A DNA stretch of 64,000 bases from an uncultured Acidobacteriota bacterium (GCA_963764715.1 CAVXTP010000013.1:1-64000); one strand, 5' to 3'; shown: positions 1 through 10,553, counted from the stretch's first letter. A program made the numbers and translations. The notes: generated by a model not told the origin, from the sequence alone.

Positions 1-2570
1 GCGAGGCCCGTCTCCTGGGTTCGCTGAACCACCCGAACGTCGCGTCCCTCTACGGCATCGAGGAGTCGGAGGGCGCTCTCTACCTGGTCCTCGAGCTGAT
101 CGAGGGAGAAGGGCTCGACCAGAAGCTGGCGGGAGGGCCGCTGCCGTTCGACGAAGCGCTCGGCACGGCCTCCCAGATCGCGGCCGGTCTCGAGGCGGCG
201 CACGGAGTCGGAATCATTCACCGCGATCTGAAGCCGGCGAACGTCAAGGTGCGTCCCGACGGCACGGTGAAAGTCCTCGACTTCGGGCTCGCCCGGACGA
301 TCGATCCGACGGGTCCCGACGCCACCAACGCGGCGACGGCCACGTCCGGTGAGACGCAATCCGGCGTCGTCCTCGGAACGGCTCCCTACATGAGTCCCGA
401 GCAGGCGCGGGGAAAACCTCTCGACCGGAGGACGGACGTCTTCTCCTTCGGTTGTGTTCTCTACGAGTGCCTGACCGGCCGGCGAGCGTTCCGGGGGCAG
501 ACGGTCTCCGACACCATGGCGGCCGTTCTGACCGTCGAGCCGGACTGGACCGCGCTCGGGGCCGACGTGCCTCCCCGCCTGACCGCCCTTCTCCGAAGGT
601 GTCTCCAGAAAGACCCGGCGCGGCGTCTTCGCGACATCGGGGACGCGCGGCTGGAGATCGAGGAGATCCGGGCCGAGGGGAGCGGTGCCCGGTCGGCTGT
701 CGGGCGGCCCGAAGGGATGACTCCTTCCGCACCGCTCCGGTCCTCTCTCGTCTATGGATTCGCCGGTCTCCTCGCCGGAGCTCTCCTCGTTCTGGCGGGA
801 CTGCGGCTCGCCGGCCGCGGCCGGGCCGCGCCCCCGAGCCATCCGGTCAGTGCGGTCCTCTCTTTGCCGGAGGGTCTTCGACCCCGCTTCTCCTTCCAGC
901 CGAGCGTCGTGTTTTCGCCGGATGGCGCGACGGTGGTTTTCTGGGCCGGCAGCGAAAAGGGCTCGCGGGGCTTCTTCAAGCTGCGACTCGCGGGCGGGCA
1001 AGCGGAGCGAATTCCTGGCACAGAGGGCGGGCGGGCGCCATTCTTCTCGCCCGATGGCGAGTGGCTCGGCTACATCACGGTCAGCGCGTTGATGAAGGTG
1101 GCGCTTTCCGGGGGCGAGCCCACCCGGGTCGTCGAGCTCCCTCCGGTCTCCTACGGGGCGTGCTGGATGTCCGACGGCGCCATCGTCGTGGCTCGCTCGA
1201 GCAACAACGGCCTTTACCGTGTCTCGTCGGCCGGCGGCCCGCTCGAGCGCTTCGCTCCGCTGGACGCCGCTCGCGGCGAACATGCGGTTCTCTGGCCGCA
1301 GGAGCTGCCGGGAGGCCGGGGTCTGCTCGTCACGATCGTACGGGGCGAGGACTTCCAGGACATGCCGAACGCCGAGGCGGCGGTCATCGAGCTCCCTTCC
1401 CTGAAGCGCCGGGTCCTGATCGAGAAGAGCACGTTCGCCCGATTCGTCCCGCCCGGACGGCTCGTCTTCGTCCGCGGCGGCACCGTTTTCGCCGTAGGCC
1501 TCGACCTCCGCTCTCTGCGTATCGAGGGAACACCGGCCGCGGTCCAGGAGCCGATCTCCGTCGGGGGCTCGGCCGGCACGGCGAGCTTCGACGTCAACCG
1601 CGACGGAACCCTCGTCTACGTCTCCGGGCCCCGAATCCCGGAGACGATGATGTCCGTCGTCCTCCTCGATCGCTCCGGCCGGGAGACCGCCCTGCCTCTC
1701 GCTCCGGCCGACTACGACGACCCGGCGTTCTCTCCCGACGGCCGCCGGATCGCCCTGCAGAAGTGCGCCGGCATGTCGTGCAAGCTCCACGTCTTCGACC
1801 GGGAGCGAGGGGTGCTGTCGCCGCTGGTCACCGAGCCGGGTCGTTTCTTCGCGCCCGTCTGGTCGCCGGACGGGCGCGAGGTGGCTTTCTCCCAATTGAT
1901 GGCGGGGGACCCGCGGGCCGCCGCTCGGGCGGCCGACGGCAGCGGGACGATCCGGCCGCTGCCGACGAGCGGCGAAAACGCGGAGTTCCCGAACGACATT
2001 TCCCCTGACGGCCGTTACCTGCTCTACACCGTCTCGTACGACGCGGACCGCGGCGGGACGCGGCGAAGGGGGACCGGCGACCTCTGGATCGTCCCGCTCG
2101 ACGGCTCGGCTCCCGCGCGCCCGTGGTTCGAGAGTCCCGCCCGCGAGTTCTCGGCCGCGCTGTCGCCCGACGGCCGATGGGCCGCTTACGTCTCCGACGA
2201 GACGGGTCGAAGCGAGGTCTACGTCCGCTCCTTTCCGGAGGCCGGCGCGAAGCTGAAGATTTCGCAGGACGGCGGGATCGAGCCTCTCTGGACGCGGGGC
2301 GGGACGGAGATCGTCTTCCGCGACGGCCAGCGCTTCCTCGCGGCCGACTTTCGGAACGGCGCGGAGCCTGCGGCCGGCGCACCGCGGGTCCTCTTCTCGG
2401 CTCCTCTCCTCAACGGCGGCGGCCGCAGTGACTCGCCCCGCGCCTACGACGTCACCCGCGGCGGCGACGAGATGGTCGCCCTCCGCCCGGAGGCGACGGT
2501 AAGCCCCGATCTGCGCCTCGGGGTCGTCACGCACTGGAGCGCAAGTCCGGGATCACCCGTCGCGAAGTGA
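1..2570 (+). CDS. Hanks-type Ser/Thr protein kinase with TM segment and C-terminal TolB/PD40-like beta-propeller (5' truncated by window)
   Basis: Frame open from position 3 (EARLLGSLNHPNV...HRDLKPANVKV); DFG, GTAPYMSPEQARG, DVFSFG; hydrophobic segment; repeated FSPDG/WSPDG motifs. Confidence 0.93.
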   Translation, partial: EARLLGSLNHPNVASLYGIEESEGALYLVLELIEGEGLDQKLAGGPLPFDEALGTASQIAAGLEAAHGVGIIHRDLKPANVKVRPDGTVKVLDFGLARTIDPTGPDATNAATATSGETQSGVVLGTAPYMSPEQARGKPLDRRTDVFSFGCVLYECLTGRRAFRGQTVSDTMAAVLTVEPDWTALGADVPPRLTALLRRCLQKDPARRLRDIGDARLEIEEIRAEGSGARSAVGRPEGMTPSAPLRSSLVYGFAGLLAGALLVLAGLRLAGRGRAAPPSHPVSAVLSLPEGLRPRFSFQPSVVFSPDGATVVFWAGSEKGSRGFFKLRLAGGQAERIPGTEGGRAPFFSPDGEWLGYITVSALMKVALSGGEPTRVVELPPVSYGACWMSDGAIVVARSSNNGLYRVSSAGGPLERFAPLDAARGEHAVLWPQELPGGRGLLVTIVRGEDFQDMPNAEAAVIELPSLKRRVLIEKSTFARFVPPGRLVFVRGGTVFAVGLDLRSLRIEGTPAAVQEPISVGGSAGTASFDVNRDGTLVYVSGPRIPETMMSVVLLDRSGRETALPLAPADYDDPAFSPDGRRIALQKCAGMSCKLHVFDRERGVLSPLVTEPGRFFAPVWSPDGREVAFSQLMAGDPRAAARAADGSGTIRPLPTSGENAEFPNDISPDGRYLLYTVSYDADRGGTRRRGTGDLWIVPLDGSAPARPWFESPAREFSAALSPDGRWAAYVSDETGRSEVYVRSFPEAGAKLKISQDGGIEPLWTRGGTEIVFRDGQRFLAADFRNGAEPAAGAPRVLFSAPLLNGGGRSDSPRAYDVTRGGDEMVALRPEATVSPDLRLGVVTHWSASPGSPVAK

Positions 2571-2582
2571 CGGACGACGCCG

Positions 2583-4139
2583 TCAGGCCCGTCCCCTCTC
2601 GAGACCCGCGGCTTCCAGCACCCGCACCCGCCTGAGCTCGTCCACGAGCTCGTCGAGCTGCACGCACACCTCGCGCATGTACTCGTAGAGGTGCTTGTGC
2701 ATGAGGGCGAGCGTGACGGCCTGGCGCAGAGACCGCGGGCGGCGCAGGGCCGTTTCGGCCATGAGCGACAGGGTGAGCCAGGCGCGGCGAGGCGAGGCCC
2801 TCAGGACGCAGGTCCAGAGCACGCGGGCGAAGATCCGGAGGTCCTGGCCGCTCGCCACGACGCGGCTCCGGATCCGGGTGCCGCGCGCGAGGATGAGCTC
2901 CATGACGCGCTGCCGGTAGTTGCGGTATCCGTACAGGCGCTGAAGAAGGCTCCGGTAGCCCTCGTACAGCTGCTCCCGCGACATTCCCTGGGGAATGACG
3001 TTGGTGAGCACGAACTGGTCGCCGACCGACTCGGCGGCCAGGCGGCCCGCCTTCTTCAGGCGCTCGTAGAGGGGCGTCAGCGGGATGGCGTTCAGCAGAC
3101 CGGTCATCGAGATCGGGATCCGCGCCTGCTGGATGAAACGGAACTGCTCTTCGAAGATGGACGGGTCGTCGTGGTCGAAGCCGACGATCATGCCCGCCAT
3201 CACCTCGATGCCGGCGCGCTGGATGCGGTGCACGGAATCGAGAATGCTTCCGCGGAGGTTCTGCAGCTTGTGCGTCTCTTCGAGGCTCGCGGCGCGCGGG
3301 GTCTCGATGCCGACGAAGATCGTCGTGAAATTCGCCTCGCGCATCAGCCGGAGCAGCTCGTCGTCCTGGGCGATGTTGAGCGTGACCTCCGTCATCAGCT
3401 CCATCGGATAGCCGTTGGACTCCTGCCATTCGACGAGGGCGTGCAGCAGCTCCTTGGCTTCCTTCTTGCTCCCGATGAAGTTGTCGTCGACCACGAAGAT
3501 GCGCCGGAGGCCGAGACGGTGGATCTCTCTGACCTCGGCCATCACCTGCGCGACGGTCTTGGTGCGTGGCCGGCGGCCGTACATCACGATGATGTCGCAG
3601 AACTCGCACTGGAAGGGGCAGCCGCGCGCGAACTGGATGGTCATGGTCCGGTACCGGTCGAGCTTCAGCAGGTCGAAGCGCGGCAGCGGCGAGTCGTGCA
3701 TGTTCGGCTTCTCGAGCTGCCGGTACTCCGGTTTCCAGCTCCCGGCCGCGTAGTCCTCGAGAAACCGCGGCCACGAGTACTCGGCCTCGTCGACGAAGAC
3801 GACGTCGACGCGGTCCCGCAGCCGCTCGGGGCAGAGCGAGGCGAACGGGCCGCCGGCGACCAGGAACTTTCCGCGGCGGCGGAACTCGGCGGCGATGTCG
3901 AAGAGGCGCTTCGCGTGGACGACGTAGCCGGTCAGGCCGACGATGTCCGCGTCCGTGTCGAAATCGATCGGCTCGACGTTCTCATCGCAGAGAACGACCT
4001 CGTGCTCCCGCGGCGTGAGGCCGGCGACGGTCGGCAGCGACAGGTTCGGGAAGACACACTTCTTCTTCAGGCTCGGCAGGATGCGGTCGAAGGTCCAGAA
4101 GGACTCCGGATTCTTCGGAGCGATGAGATAGATCTTCAA
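2583..4139 (-). CDS. B12-binding radical SAM protein (HpnP/DUF4070-like class B methyltransferase family)
   Basis: RGCPFQCEFC (CxxxCxxC), N-terminal cobalamin-binding region (DENVEPIDFD, GGPFAS), VDDNF, GIET; probable TTG start at 4139 (ORF open to 4202). Confidence 0.85.
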   Translation of the reverse strand: MKIYLIAPKNPESFWTFDRILPSLKKKCVFPNLSLPTVAGLTPREHEVVLCDENVEPIDFDTDADIVGLTGYVVHAKRLFDIAAEFRRRGKFLVAGGPFASLCPERLRDRVDVVFVDEAEYSWPRFLEDYAAGSWKPEYRQLEKPNMHDSPLPRFDLLKLDRYRTMTIQFARGCPFQCEFCDIIVMYGRRPRTKTVAQVMAEVREIHRLGLRRIFVVDDNFIGSKKEAKELLHALVEWQESNGYPMELMTEVTLNIAQDDELLRLMREANFTTIFVGIETPRAASLEETHKLQNLRGSILDSVHRIQRAGIEVMAGMIVGFDHDDPSIFEEQFRFIQQARIPISMTGLLNAIPLTPLYERLKKAGRLAAESVGDQFVLTNVIPQGMSREQLYEGYRSLLQRLYGYRNYRQRVMELILARGTRIRSRVVASGQDLRIFARVLWTCVLRASPRRAWLTLSLMAETALRRPRSLRQAVTLALMHKHLYEYMREVCVQLDELVDELRRVRVLEAAGLERGRA

Positions 4140-4410
4140 CTGCTCTTCCCGGCGGGCGGCAGTCCCGGGGTCGGTGCGGACCCCATCGCGCGCCCGCCGC
4201 AAAGCAGAATCATACGGACGAGTCGGGTCTCGTGGTTTCCTTTCTGCTCGAGTGGGCCGCTGCCAGAGGAGTCGAAGCGCCCAAGCGGCGCAAACCGCGC
4301 GTCCTCGGTCAGGCGAGTCTCATCGTCGAAGACGAGTTTCTTCGAACTGGATTAAGCAGGCGTCTTGGTCGACCCGTGATCCTAGACTCCCGGAAGCGAG
4401 GAGAAAGTCC

Positions 4411-6075
4411 ATGAAGACTCCATTCCGTCCGTATCGGGGACCCGTCATCGCGGCGGGGCTCATGCTCGCGGCCACCTTCTTCTCGTCGGCGAACGCCGAC
4501 CAGCGGGAACGCCTGGAGGATCGGCTGGCCCGGGTGCTCCGGGAGGCGGGCTTCACCGGACGCTTGCAGGAGACTCTGGAGCCGCGCCTGGGCCGACGGC
4601 TCGATCCCAAGCTCGTGAAGCTCGGCCGGACCATCTTCTTCGACAACATCATGGGCCTGCACCGGGACAACGCCTGTGCGGGCTGCCACTCGCCCGCCGC
4701 CGGCTTCGGAGATTCGCAGTCGATCGCGATCGGCACGGACAACAACGGAATCGTCGGGCCCGACCGCACGGGGCCGCGCAATCAGCGCCGCGCGCCCCTG
4801 ACGATCAACGCGGCGTTCTCTCCCAGCATGATGCTGAACCTGCGCTTCGTCTCCCGCTCCGGCGACCCATTCGACCTCTCCCTGGGCGCCAGCGTTCCCT
4901 TCTTCATCGGCGGAAATACGGTGTGGAACCCGAGCAGCGCGTGCTTCTACGCCACGTGTTTCGACGCGACGAAGATGACGACGCTCTTGACCGTGCAGGG
5001 TCACTTTCCGTCCACCGAGCTGATCGAGATGGCTGGATTCACGGCCGAAGTTCCCGGAGACGTCGATCCCGCTCTGTATCACCCGTCGCACCCGGTCTCC
5101 TCCGGTGCGGTCTCGGACACCGTGCCCGGACCGATCGCGGGGCCCAACGGCAGCCCGCCCGACTCCTTCGACATGAGCTACTCGATCCGGCAGAAGGTGC
5201 TGGACCGTTTCAACGCGAACGCCGAGTACGTCTCCCGGTTCGGGCGGATCTACCCGGAGGCCCGCGGGGGCAAGATCACGTTCGCGATGATCGGCGCCGC
5301 GCTGGCGGAGTTCCAGATGGCCAACACGTTCGCGAACGCACCCCTGGATCGCTTCGCGCGCGGGCACCGCCATGCGCTGACGGAATCGCAGCAGCGCGGC
5401 GCGTTGATTTTCTTCACCAGGGGGAATTGCGTGAGCTGCCACGGCGTCGCGGGCGCGTCCAACGAGATGTTCACGGACTTCGAGAACTACGTGGCCGGAA
5501 TCCCGCCGATCGCGCCGAGGGCCTTCGGTCTGGCGCCGGGCGGCGACCCGTTGAACCCCGACGATTTCCCGGGAAACTTCGCGTTCTCCGGGCCGGCCTC
5601 CGACGAGGACTTCGGCCGCGAGGAGGTGACCGGAGATCCGGCGGATCGCTACGAGTTCCGCACCTCGCCGCTGCGCAACATCGCGCTCCAGGCCGCCTTC
5701 TTCCACAACGGCTCGTTCACCCGGCTCGAAGACGCTCTCCGCTACCACCTCAATACGCTTCGGCTCGCGCCCTCGTACGACGCCGCGGCGGCGGGCCTGG
5801 ATGCCGACCTGACGGTTCGCAAGGGCCCGCTGCAGCCGGTCCTCGACCGTCTCGAGCCCCGCATCGCCGCGCTGGGTGATCTCGAATTGTCGCCCCGCGA
5901 GTTCCAGGACCTGCTGGCCTTCCTCCGCGACGGCCTGCTCGACCCGGACGCGCGCCCCGAAAAGCTGTGCAAGCAGATCCCCGAGAGCGTGCCGAGCGGA
6001 CTGAAGGTGCTGGAGTTCCAGGGCTGTCCCGCGCCTCGCGGCGGCGGCGACGGACCGGAGCACGAGGGCGACTAA
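4411..6075 (+). CDS. Secreted diheme cytochrome c peroxidase/MauG-family protein
   Basis: Signal peptide; two CxxCH (CAGCH, CVSCH); LGRTIFFD, FRTSPLRNIA, FFHNGS motifs; GAGGAG RBS. Confidence 0.85.
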   Translation: MKTPFRPYRGPVIAAGLMLAATFFSSANADQRERLEDRLARVLREAGFTGRLQETLEPRLGRRLDPKLVKLGRTIFFDNIMGLHRDNACAGCHSPAAGFGDSQSIAIGTDNNGIVGPDRTGPRNQRRAPLTINAAFSPSMMLNLRFVSRSGDPFDLSLGASVPFFIGGNTVWNPSSACFYATCFDATKMTTLLTVQGHFPSTELIEMAGFTAEVPGDVDPALYHPSHPVSSGAVSDTVPGPIAGPNGSPPDSFDMSYSIRQKVLDRFNANAEYVSRFGRIYPEARGGKITFAMIGAALAEFQMANTFANAPLDRFARGHRHALTESQQRGALIFFTRGNCVSCHGVAGASNEMFTDFENYVAGIPPIAPRAFGLAPGGDPLNPDDFPGNFAFSGPASDEDFGREEVTGDPADRYEFRTSPLRNIALQAAFFHNGSFTRLEDALRYHLNTLRLAPSYDAAAAGLDADLTVRKGPLQPVLDRLEPRIAALGDLELSPREFQDLLAFLRDGLLDPDARPEKLCKQIPESVPSGLKVLEFQGCPAPRGGGDGPEHEGD

Positions 6076-6265
6076 CGGACGCGAGGCGGCTCCAGGGATC
6101 GAGCGTCGGTTTCTCCCGGTAGAGCCGCCGGTGCCCGTCCGCGCTCCGGAGCGTCTGGAGCTTCGCTCACGTTCGAGTCACGAGGGGCTTTGTGGGGGGC
6201 GCCCGGTGGGCCGGACGCCGCGCGAGCTGACGAAGGCATAAGCTTTCCGAACAGGAGGCCCCATC

Positions 6266-7015
6266 ATGAGACTCGAACGAACCCTCCGGGTTGTGGGCGT
6301 GTCGGTGGCGGCAGCACTCTGCGCGGGTATCACGCAGGCCCAGCCCCGGATTGCGCCGCCGCGATTTGAAACCACCCGTCAGGCTCCCGACGAGTTCGGC
6401 ACTCAGAACTACACGGTGACGACCGTCTCGGCCACGGCGTTCACCGCGGATAGCAACGACTCCTGGAAAACGGCCCAGTGCTGCCTGTCTCGCTACTTCG
6501 ACGACGGGGCGGGAGAGTTTTATGCGAGCGTGAACATTCCGGCGGGCGCCGTCATCGATTACATCGGCCTCGAAAGCTATTCCTACTGCGGGGGTGTGGT
6601 CGGCGTCGAGCTCTGGGAGGTGAACCATGGCTCGACTTCCGGCATCGCCACCTTCTCGAGCTCGGCCCACGGCTATGGCACCGACTACAACGCGAGCCCG
6701 ATCGGCTATCAGAACACGCAGAACGTCCATAAGGCGCTCGCGATCCAGGTCGAACTGGCCAACAACTGCGTCAACTGGCCGGCCTTCAGTTGGGTGGAGA
6801 TCTGGTGGAAGCGTTCCGTCAGCCCTGCTCCCGCGTCGGCGTCTTTCAACGACGTGCCAACCGGCGATTTCGGCTTCCAGTTCGTCGAGGCCCTCGCCGC
6901 CTCCGGGATCACGGGTGGATGCGGAGGCGGGAACTACTGTCCGGACAATCCGGTGACCCGCAGGCAAATGGCGATTTTCCTGGCGAAGGCGCTCGGGCTG
7001 CATTGGCCTTTCTGA
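6266..7015 (+). CDS. Secreted protein with C-terminal S-layer-homology-like domain
   Basis: Signal peptide, GGAGG RBS; C-terminus FNDVP...ALAASGITGGCGGGNYCPDNPVTRRQMAIFL. Confidence 0.8.
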   Translation: MRLERTLRVVGVSVAAALCAGITQAQPRIAPPRFETTRQAPDEFGTQNYTVTTVSATAFTADSNDSWKTAQCCLSRYFDDGAGEFYASVNIPAGAVIDYIGLESYSYCGGVVGVELWEVNHGSTSGIATFSSSAHGYGTDYNASPIGYQNTQNVHKALAIQVELANNCVNWPAFSWVEIWWKRSVSPAPASASFNDVPTGDFGFQFVEALAASGITGGCGGGNYCPDNPVTRRQMAIFLAKALGLHWPF

Positions 7016-7179
7016 CGAAGGGTGCGACGGGCCGGTTGCTTCAGTTCTCGGACCACCGGCGGGCCGCCCCCAACGGCAGTGATCGGCCGGAACACGCTCC
7101 GGCCGATCGAGGTTTTCCCACGGCCCCGTCGGGTCGACTGTTGCGCTCGGTGGGTCATCTCGTAGAGATTGGCGGGACC

Positions 7180-9690
7180 ATGATGGCCGACAGCAGGTCT
7201 TCGTCGGAAAAACGGGGCGACGAGCGATTCCACAGACGCCGTCTCGGCGCGATGATCGTCGCGGCCACTCTTCCGCTCGTCCTTCTCGGGAGCGACATTC
7301 CTGGACCCCTGGGGAAGGGTGCGACCCTGCTCCCCAACGGCTGGCGGATCGCGCCGGCCGGCCGCCACGTCATGGTGGGGGACCTGCCGCTCGCGATGCT
7401 CGTGACGCCCGACGGACGCTGGGCGATCGTGACGAACAACGGCTACGACAAGCCCACGCTCACGGTGGTCGAGCTCGACACGCTGTCGAGCCCCGACCCG
7501 CGGACTCCCGTCGCCGACGCCTGGCTCGGCCTCGCCTGGCATCCCGACGGGCGGCGGCTCTACGCCTCGGGCGGAGCCGACGGGATGGTCCGCGAGATGC
7601 TCTGGCGGCCCGGGAAGCTGACGGCCGGCCGGACGTTCGCCGTCGGCAAGGCCGTCAAGGAAGGTTTTCTCGGGGGACTGGCGATTCGCCCGGACGGGAC
7701 CCGGCTCTTCGTCGTGGACGTCCTCGGGCAGCGGCTGTCGGCGGTGGACCTCTCGACCGGCGAGGTCTCGAAGCGAGTGAGCCTGCCGGCGGAGCCTTAC
7801 TCCTGTCTCGTCTCCGCCGACGGCGCGACGCTCTTCGTGTCGCTCTGGGGCGGCGCGAAGGTCCTGCGTTTCGACGCCGCGACTCTCGAGCCGCGGGGAG
7901 TGCTGTCGGTGGGAGAGCATCCCAACGCGATGGTCCTGTCCGCGGACGGGAAGCGGCTCTTCGTCGCGTGCGCGAATACGAACGCGGTCTGGGCGGTCGA
8001 CCTCGCCTCGGGGGCCTCGACCGAGCAGATCTCGGTCGCGATCTCGCCCGGCGCGCCGCCGGGCTCGACCCCCAACGCCCTCGCCCTCTCGCCGGACGGC
8101 CGGACCCTGCTCGTCGCCAACGCCGACAACAACGCCGTCGCCGTCGTGGACGTCGCGCGGCCCTCGGCCAGCCGGGTCTCCGGCTTCATTCCGACGGGCT
8201 GGTATCCCACGGGCGTTCAGTTCACGCCGGACGGCAAGCGGATCCTGGTGCTCTCGGGCAAGGGCCTGACCTCGATGCCGAATCCCCGGGGCCCCCAGCC
8301 GGGCGCGGACGGGGAGCCCTCGCAGTACGTGGGCGCCATGCTGACGGGCGCGCTCTCGGTGCTGCCGACGCCGGATCCGGCCGCCCTGGACGAGCTCACC
8401 CGGACCGTCCGCCGCCTGACGCCCGGCGCCCCCCCGGCGCGGCCGGTGGCCGCTCCCGCGTCGGAGGCGTCCCCGATCCCGCGGGACCCCGGCGGCGCCA
8501 CGCCGCTGCGGCACGTCTTCTACGTCATCCGCGAGAACCGGACCTACGACCAGGTCCTCGGCGATCTTCCGACGGGAAACGGCGACCCGAGCCTCTGCCT
8601 CTTCGGCGAGGAAGCGACGCCCAACGCCCACGCGCTGGCCCGGGAGTTCGTCCAGCTCGACAACTTCTACGTCAACGCGGAGGTCAGCTACGACGGTCAC
8701 GCGTACTCGACCGCGGCGTACGCGACGGACTTCGTCGAGAAGGTCTGGCCGATGAACTACGCCGGGCGGGGCGGCAAGTACCTCTCCGAGGGCGGCGGCG
8801 AGAACCGCAATCCGTACGGCAACGTGACGGCGCCCGCGCAGGGCTACCTCTGGGACGCGTGCGCCCGGGCCGGCGTCACGTACCGGAGCTACGGCGAGTT
8901 CGGCCGCCAGGGAGAAGAAGGAGACGAGGAGGGAGGGACGGGCCCCACCCGCGCGTCCGTTCCCGGTCTCGAGGGTCACATCAGCCCCACCTACGCCGCC
9001 TGGAACCTGGCGCTCCCGGACGGGAAGCGGATCGACGCGTGGCTCGAGGAGTTCCGCGAATTCGAAGCCAGCGGCCGCCTTCCCCGGCTCTCGATCTTTC
9101 ACCTGCCGAACGACCACACGGCCGGCACGCGACCCGGCTATCCGACGCCGAAGGCGATGATCGCCGAGAACGATCAGGCGCTGGGCCGGCTCGTCGAGGC
9201 GATCTCGAAGAGCCGCTACTGGAAGGACTCGGTCATCTTCGTTCTCGAAGACGACGCGCAGAACGGCCCCGACCACGTGGACGCGCACCGGTCCGTCGCC
9301 TTCGTCATCAGCCCGTACACCCGGGGCCGCGGCCTCGATTCGACGCTCTACACGACGGCCGCGATGCTCCGGACGATCGAGCTCATCCTGGGGCTCGGGC
9401 CGATGAGCCAGTACGACGCGGCCGCGACGCCCATGGACGCCGCCTTCGTTTCGAAGCCTGACTTCACTCCCTACGCGGCGCGGCCGGCCCGCGTGCCGCT
9501 CGACGAGAAGAACGACCCCCAGGCCTGGGGCGCCGACGCGTCGGTCCGGATGAACCTCTCCGAGCCGGACCGCGCTCCGGACCTCGAGCTGAACGAGATC
9601 GTCTGGAAGTCGGTCCGCGGCCCGGGCTCGCCGATGCCGCCCCCCGTGCGCTCGAGCCTCGTCGGCGCCGCCGAAGAGGACGACGACTGA
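7180..9690 (+). CDS. YVTN/YncE beta-propeller fused to alkaline-phosphatase-like phosphoesterase
   Basis: Propeller repeats (VGEHP, IPTGWYP); HVFYVIRENRTYDQVLGD, LPNDHT, EDDAQNGPDHVDAHRS motifs; ATG at 7180. Confidence 0.85.
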   Translation: MMADSRSSSEKRGDERFHRRRLGAMIVAATLPLVLLGSDIPGPLGKGATLLPNGWRIAPAGRHVMVGDLPLAMLVTPDGRWAIVTNNGYDKPTLTVVELDTLSSPDPRTPVADAWLGLAWHPDGRRLYASGGADGMVREMLWRPGKLTAGRTFAVGKAVKEGFLGGLAIRPDGTRLFVVDVLGQRLSAVDLSTGEVSKRVSLPAEPYSCLVSADGATLFVSLWGGAKVLRFDAATLEPRGVLSVGEHPNAMVLSADGKRLFVACANTNAVWAVDLASGASTEQISVAISPGAPPGSTPNALALSPDGRTLLVANADNNAVAVVDVARPSASRVSGFIPTGWYPTGVQFTPDGKRILVLSGKGLTSMPNPRGPQPGADGEPSQYVGAMLTGALSVLPTPDPAALDELTRTVRRLTPGAPPARPVAAPASEASPIPRDPGGATPLRHVFYVIRENRTYDQVLGDLPTGNGDPSLCLFGEEATPNAHALAREFVQLDNFYVNAEVSYDGHAYSTAAYATDFVEKVWPMNYAGRGGKYLSEGGGENRNPYGNVTAPAQGYLWDACARAGVTYRSYGEFGRQGEEGDEEGGTGPTRASVPGLEGHISPTYAAWNLALPDGKRIDAWLEEFREFEASGRLPRLSIFHLPNDHTAGTRPGYPTPKAMIAENDQALGRLVEAISKSRYWKDSVIFVLEDDAQNGPDHVDAHRSVAFVISPYTRGRGLDSTLYTTAAMLRTIELILGLGPMSQYDAAATPMDAAFVSKPDFTPYAARPARVPLDEKNDPQAWGADASVRMNLSEPDRAPDLELNEIVWKSVRGPGSPMPPPVRSSLVGAAEEDDD

Positions 9691-9746
9691 GAGCGCCGCG
9701 CCGCGCCCCCGGTCCCGGGACCCCGGCTCGGTAGACTCACGCCCGC

Positions 9747-10550
9747 ATGTACCACTCGCGGTCCAGCCTGATCGTCTCGGCCGCGGCGCTCGCCGCCCTG
9801 GTTGCGCTCGCGCGCCTCGCGGGCCACGGTCTCGGCCGACCCGGTCCCGAGGGACAGGTCCTCGACGACATCGTCACGGCCAATCGCATCCTGGCGGACC
9901 GGGGGATCCTCGACGGGTACGGCCACGTCAGCGCGCGGAGCCCGAAGCAGGCAGACCGTTTCTTCCTGTCCCGGGCGAAGGCGCCGGCCCTCGTCGTCGC
10001 CGCGGACATCCTCGAGTACGACCTCGACGGCCGCGCCGTGAGCGCCGCCGGACGCCCCGACTACATCGAGCGTTACATCCACGCGGCGATCTACCGGGCG
10101 AGGCCCGACGTCCGGGCCGTCGTCCACGCGCACACGCCCGGGATCGTCGCGTTCGCGGACTCGAGCGTCCCGATGCGGGCGATGTACCACATGAGCTCGT
10201 TTCTGGCGGGAGGCGTCCCGGTCTTCGACGTCGGCGACGTCGCAACCGCCCGGCGCCCGCTGGTCGCCGACGCCTCGACCGGCCGCGCCCTGGCCGGAGC
10301 GCTCGGCGAGAGGGCCGTCGTCCTGATGCGGAACCATGGCGTCGTGATCGTCGCGGGCTCGCTTCCGTCCGTCGTGAGCCGGAGCGTGTATCTGGACCTG
10401 AACGCGAAGATTCAGGCCCGGGCGATCGCGCTCGGGGGGCCGGTGACGTACCTCGATGCCGATGCTCCGCTTCCAGGTTCCGAGACCGCGGACGGCACTC
10501 CGCCTTACGACCGCGACTGGGAGCTCTGGAAGCGGCAAGCCGGCCGGTAG
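9747..10550 (+). CDS. Class II aldolase/adducin family protein with N-terminal hydrophobic segment
   Basis: GHVSAR, ERYIH, VVHAH, MRNHG metal-binding motifs. Confidence 0.85.
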   Translation: MYHSRSSLIVSAAALAALVALARLAGHGLGRPGPEGQVLDDIVTANRILADRGILDGYGHVSARSPKQADRFFLSRAKAPALVVAADILEYDLDGRAVSAAGRPDYIERYIHAAIYRARPDVRAVVHAHTPGIVAFADSSVPMRAMYHMSSFLAGGVPVFDVGDVATARRPLVADASTGRALAGALGERAVVLMRNHGVVIVAGSLPSVVSRSVYLDLNAKIQARAIALGGPVTYLDADAPLPGSETADGTPPYDRDWELWKRQAGR

Positions 10551-10553
10551 ACC

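Noticed and set aside
1-2570. Kinase-propeller fusion as a novel receptor
   Set aside because: This architecture is common and expanded in Acidobacteriota-like genomes.
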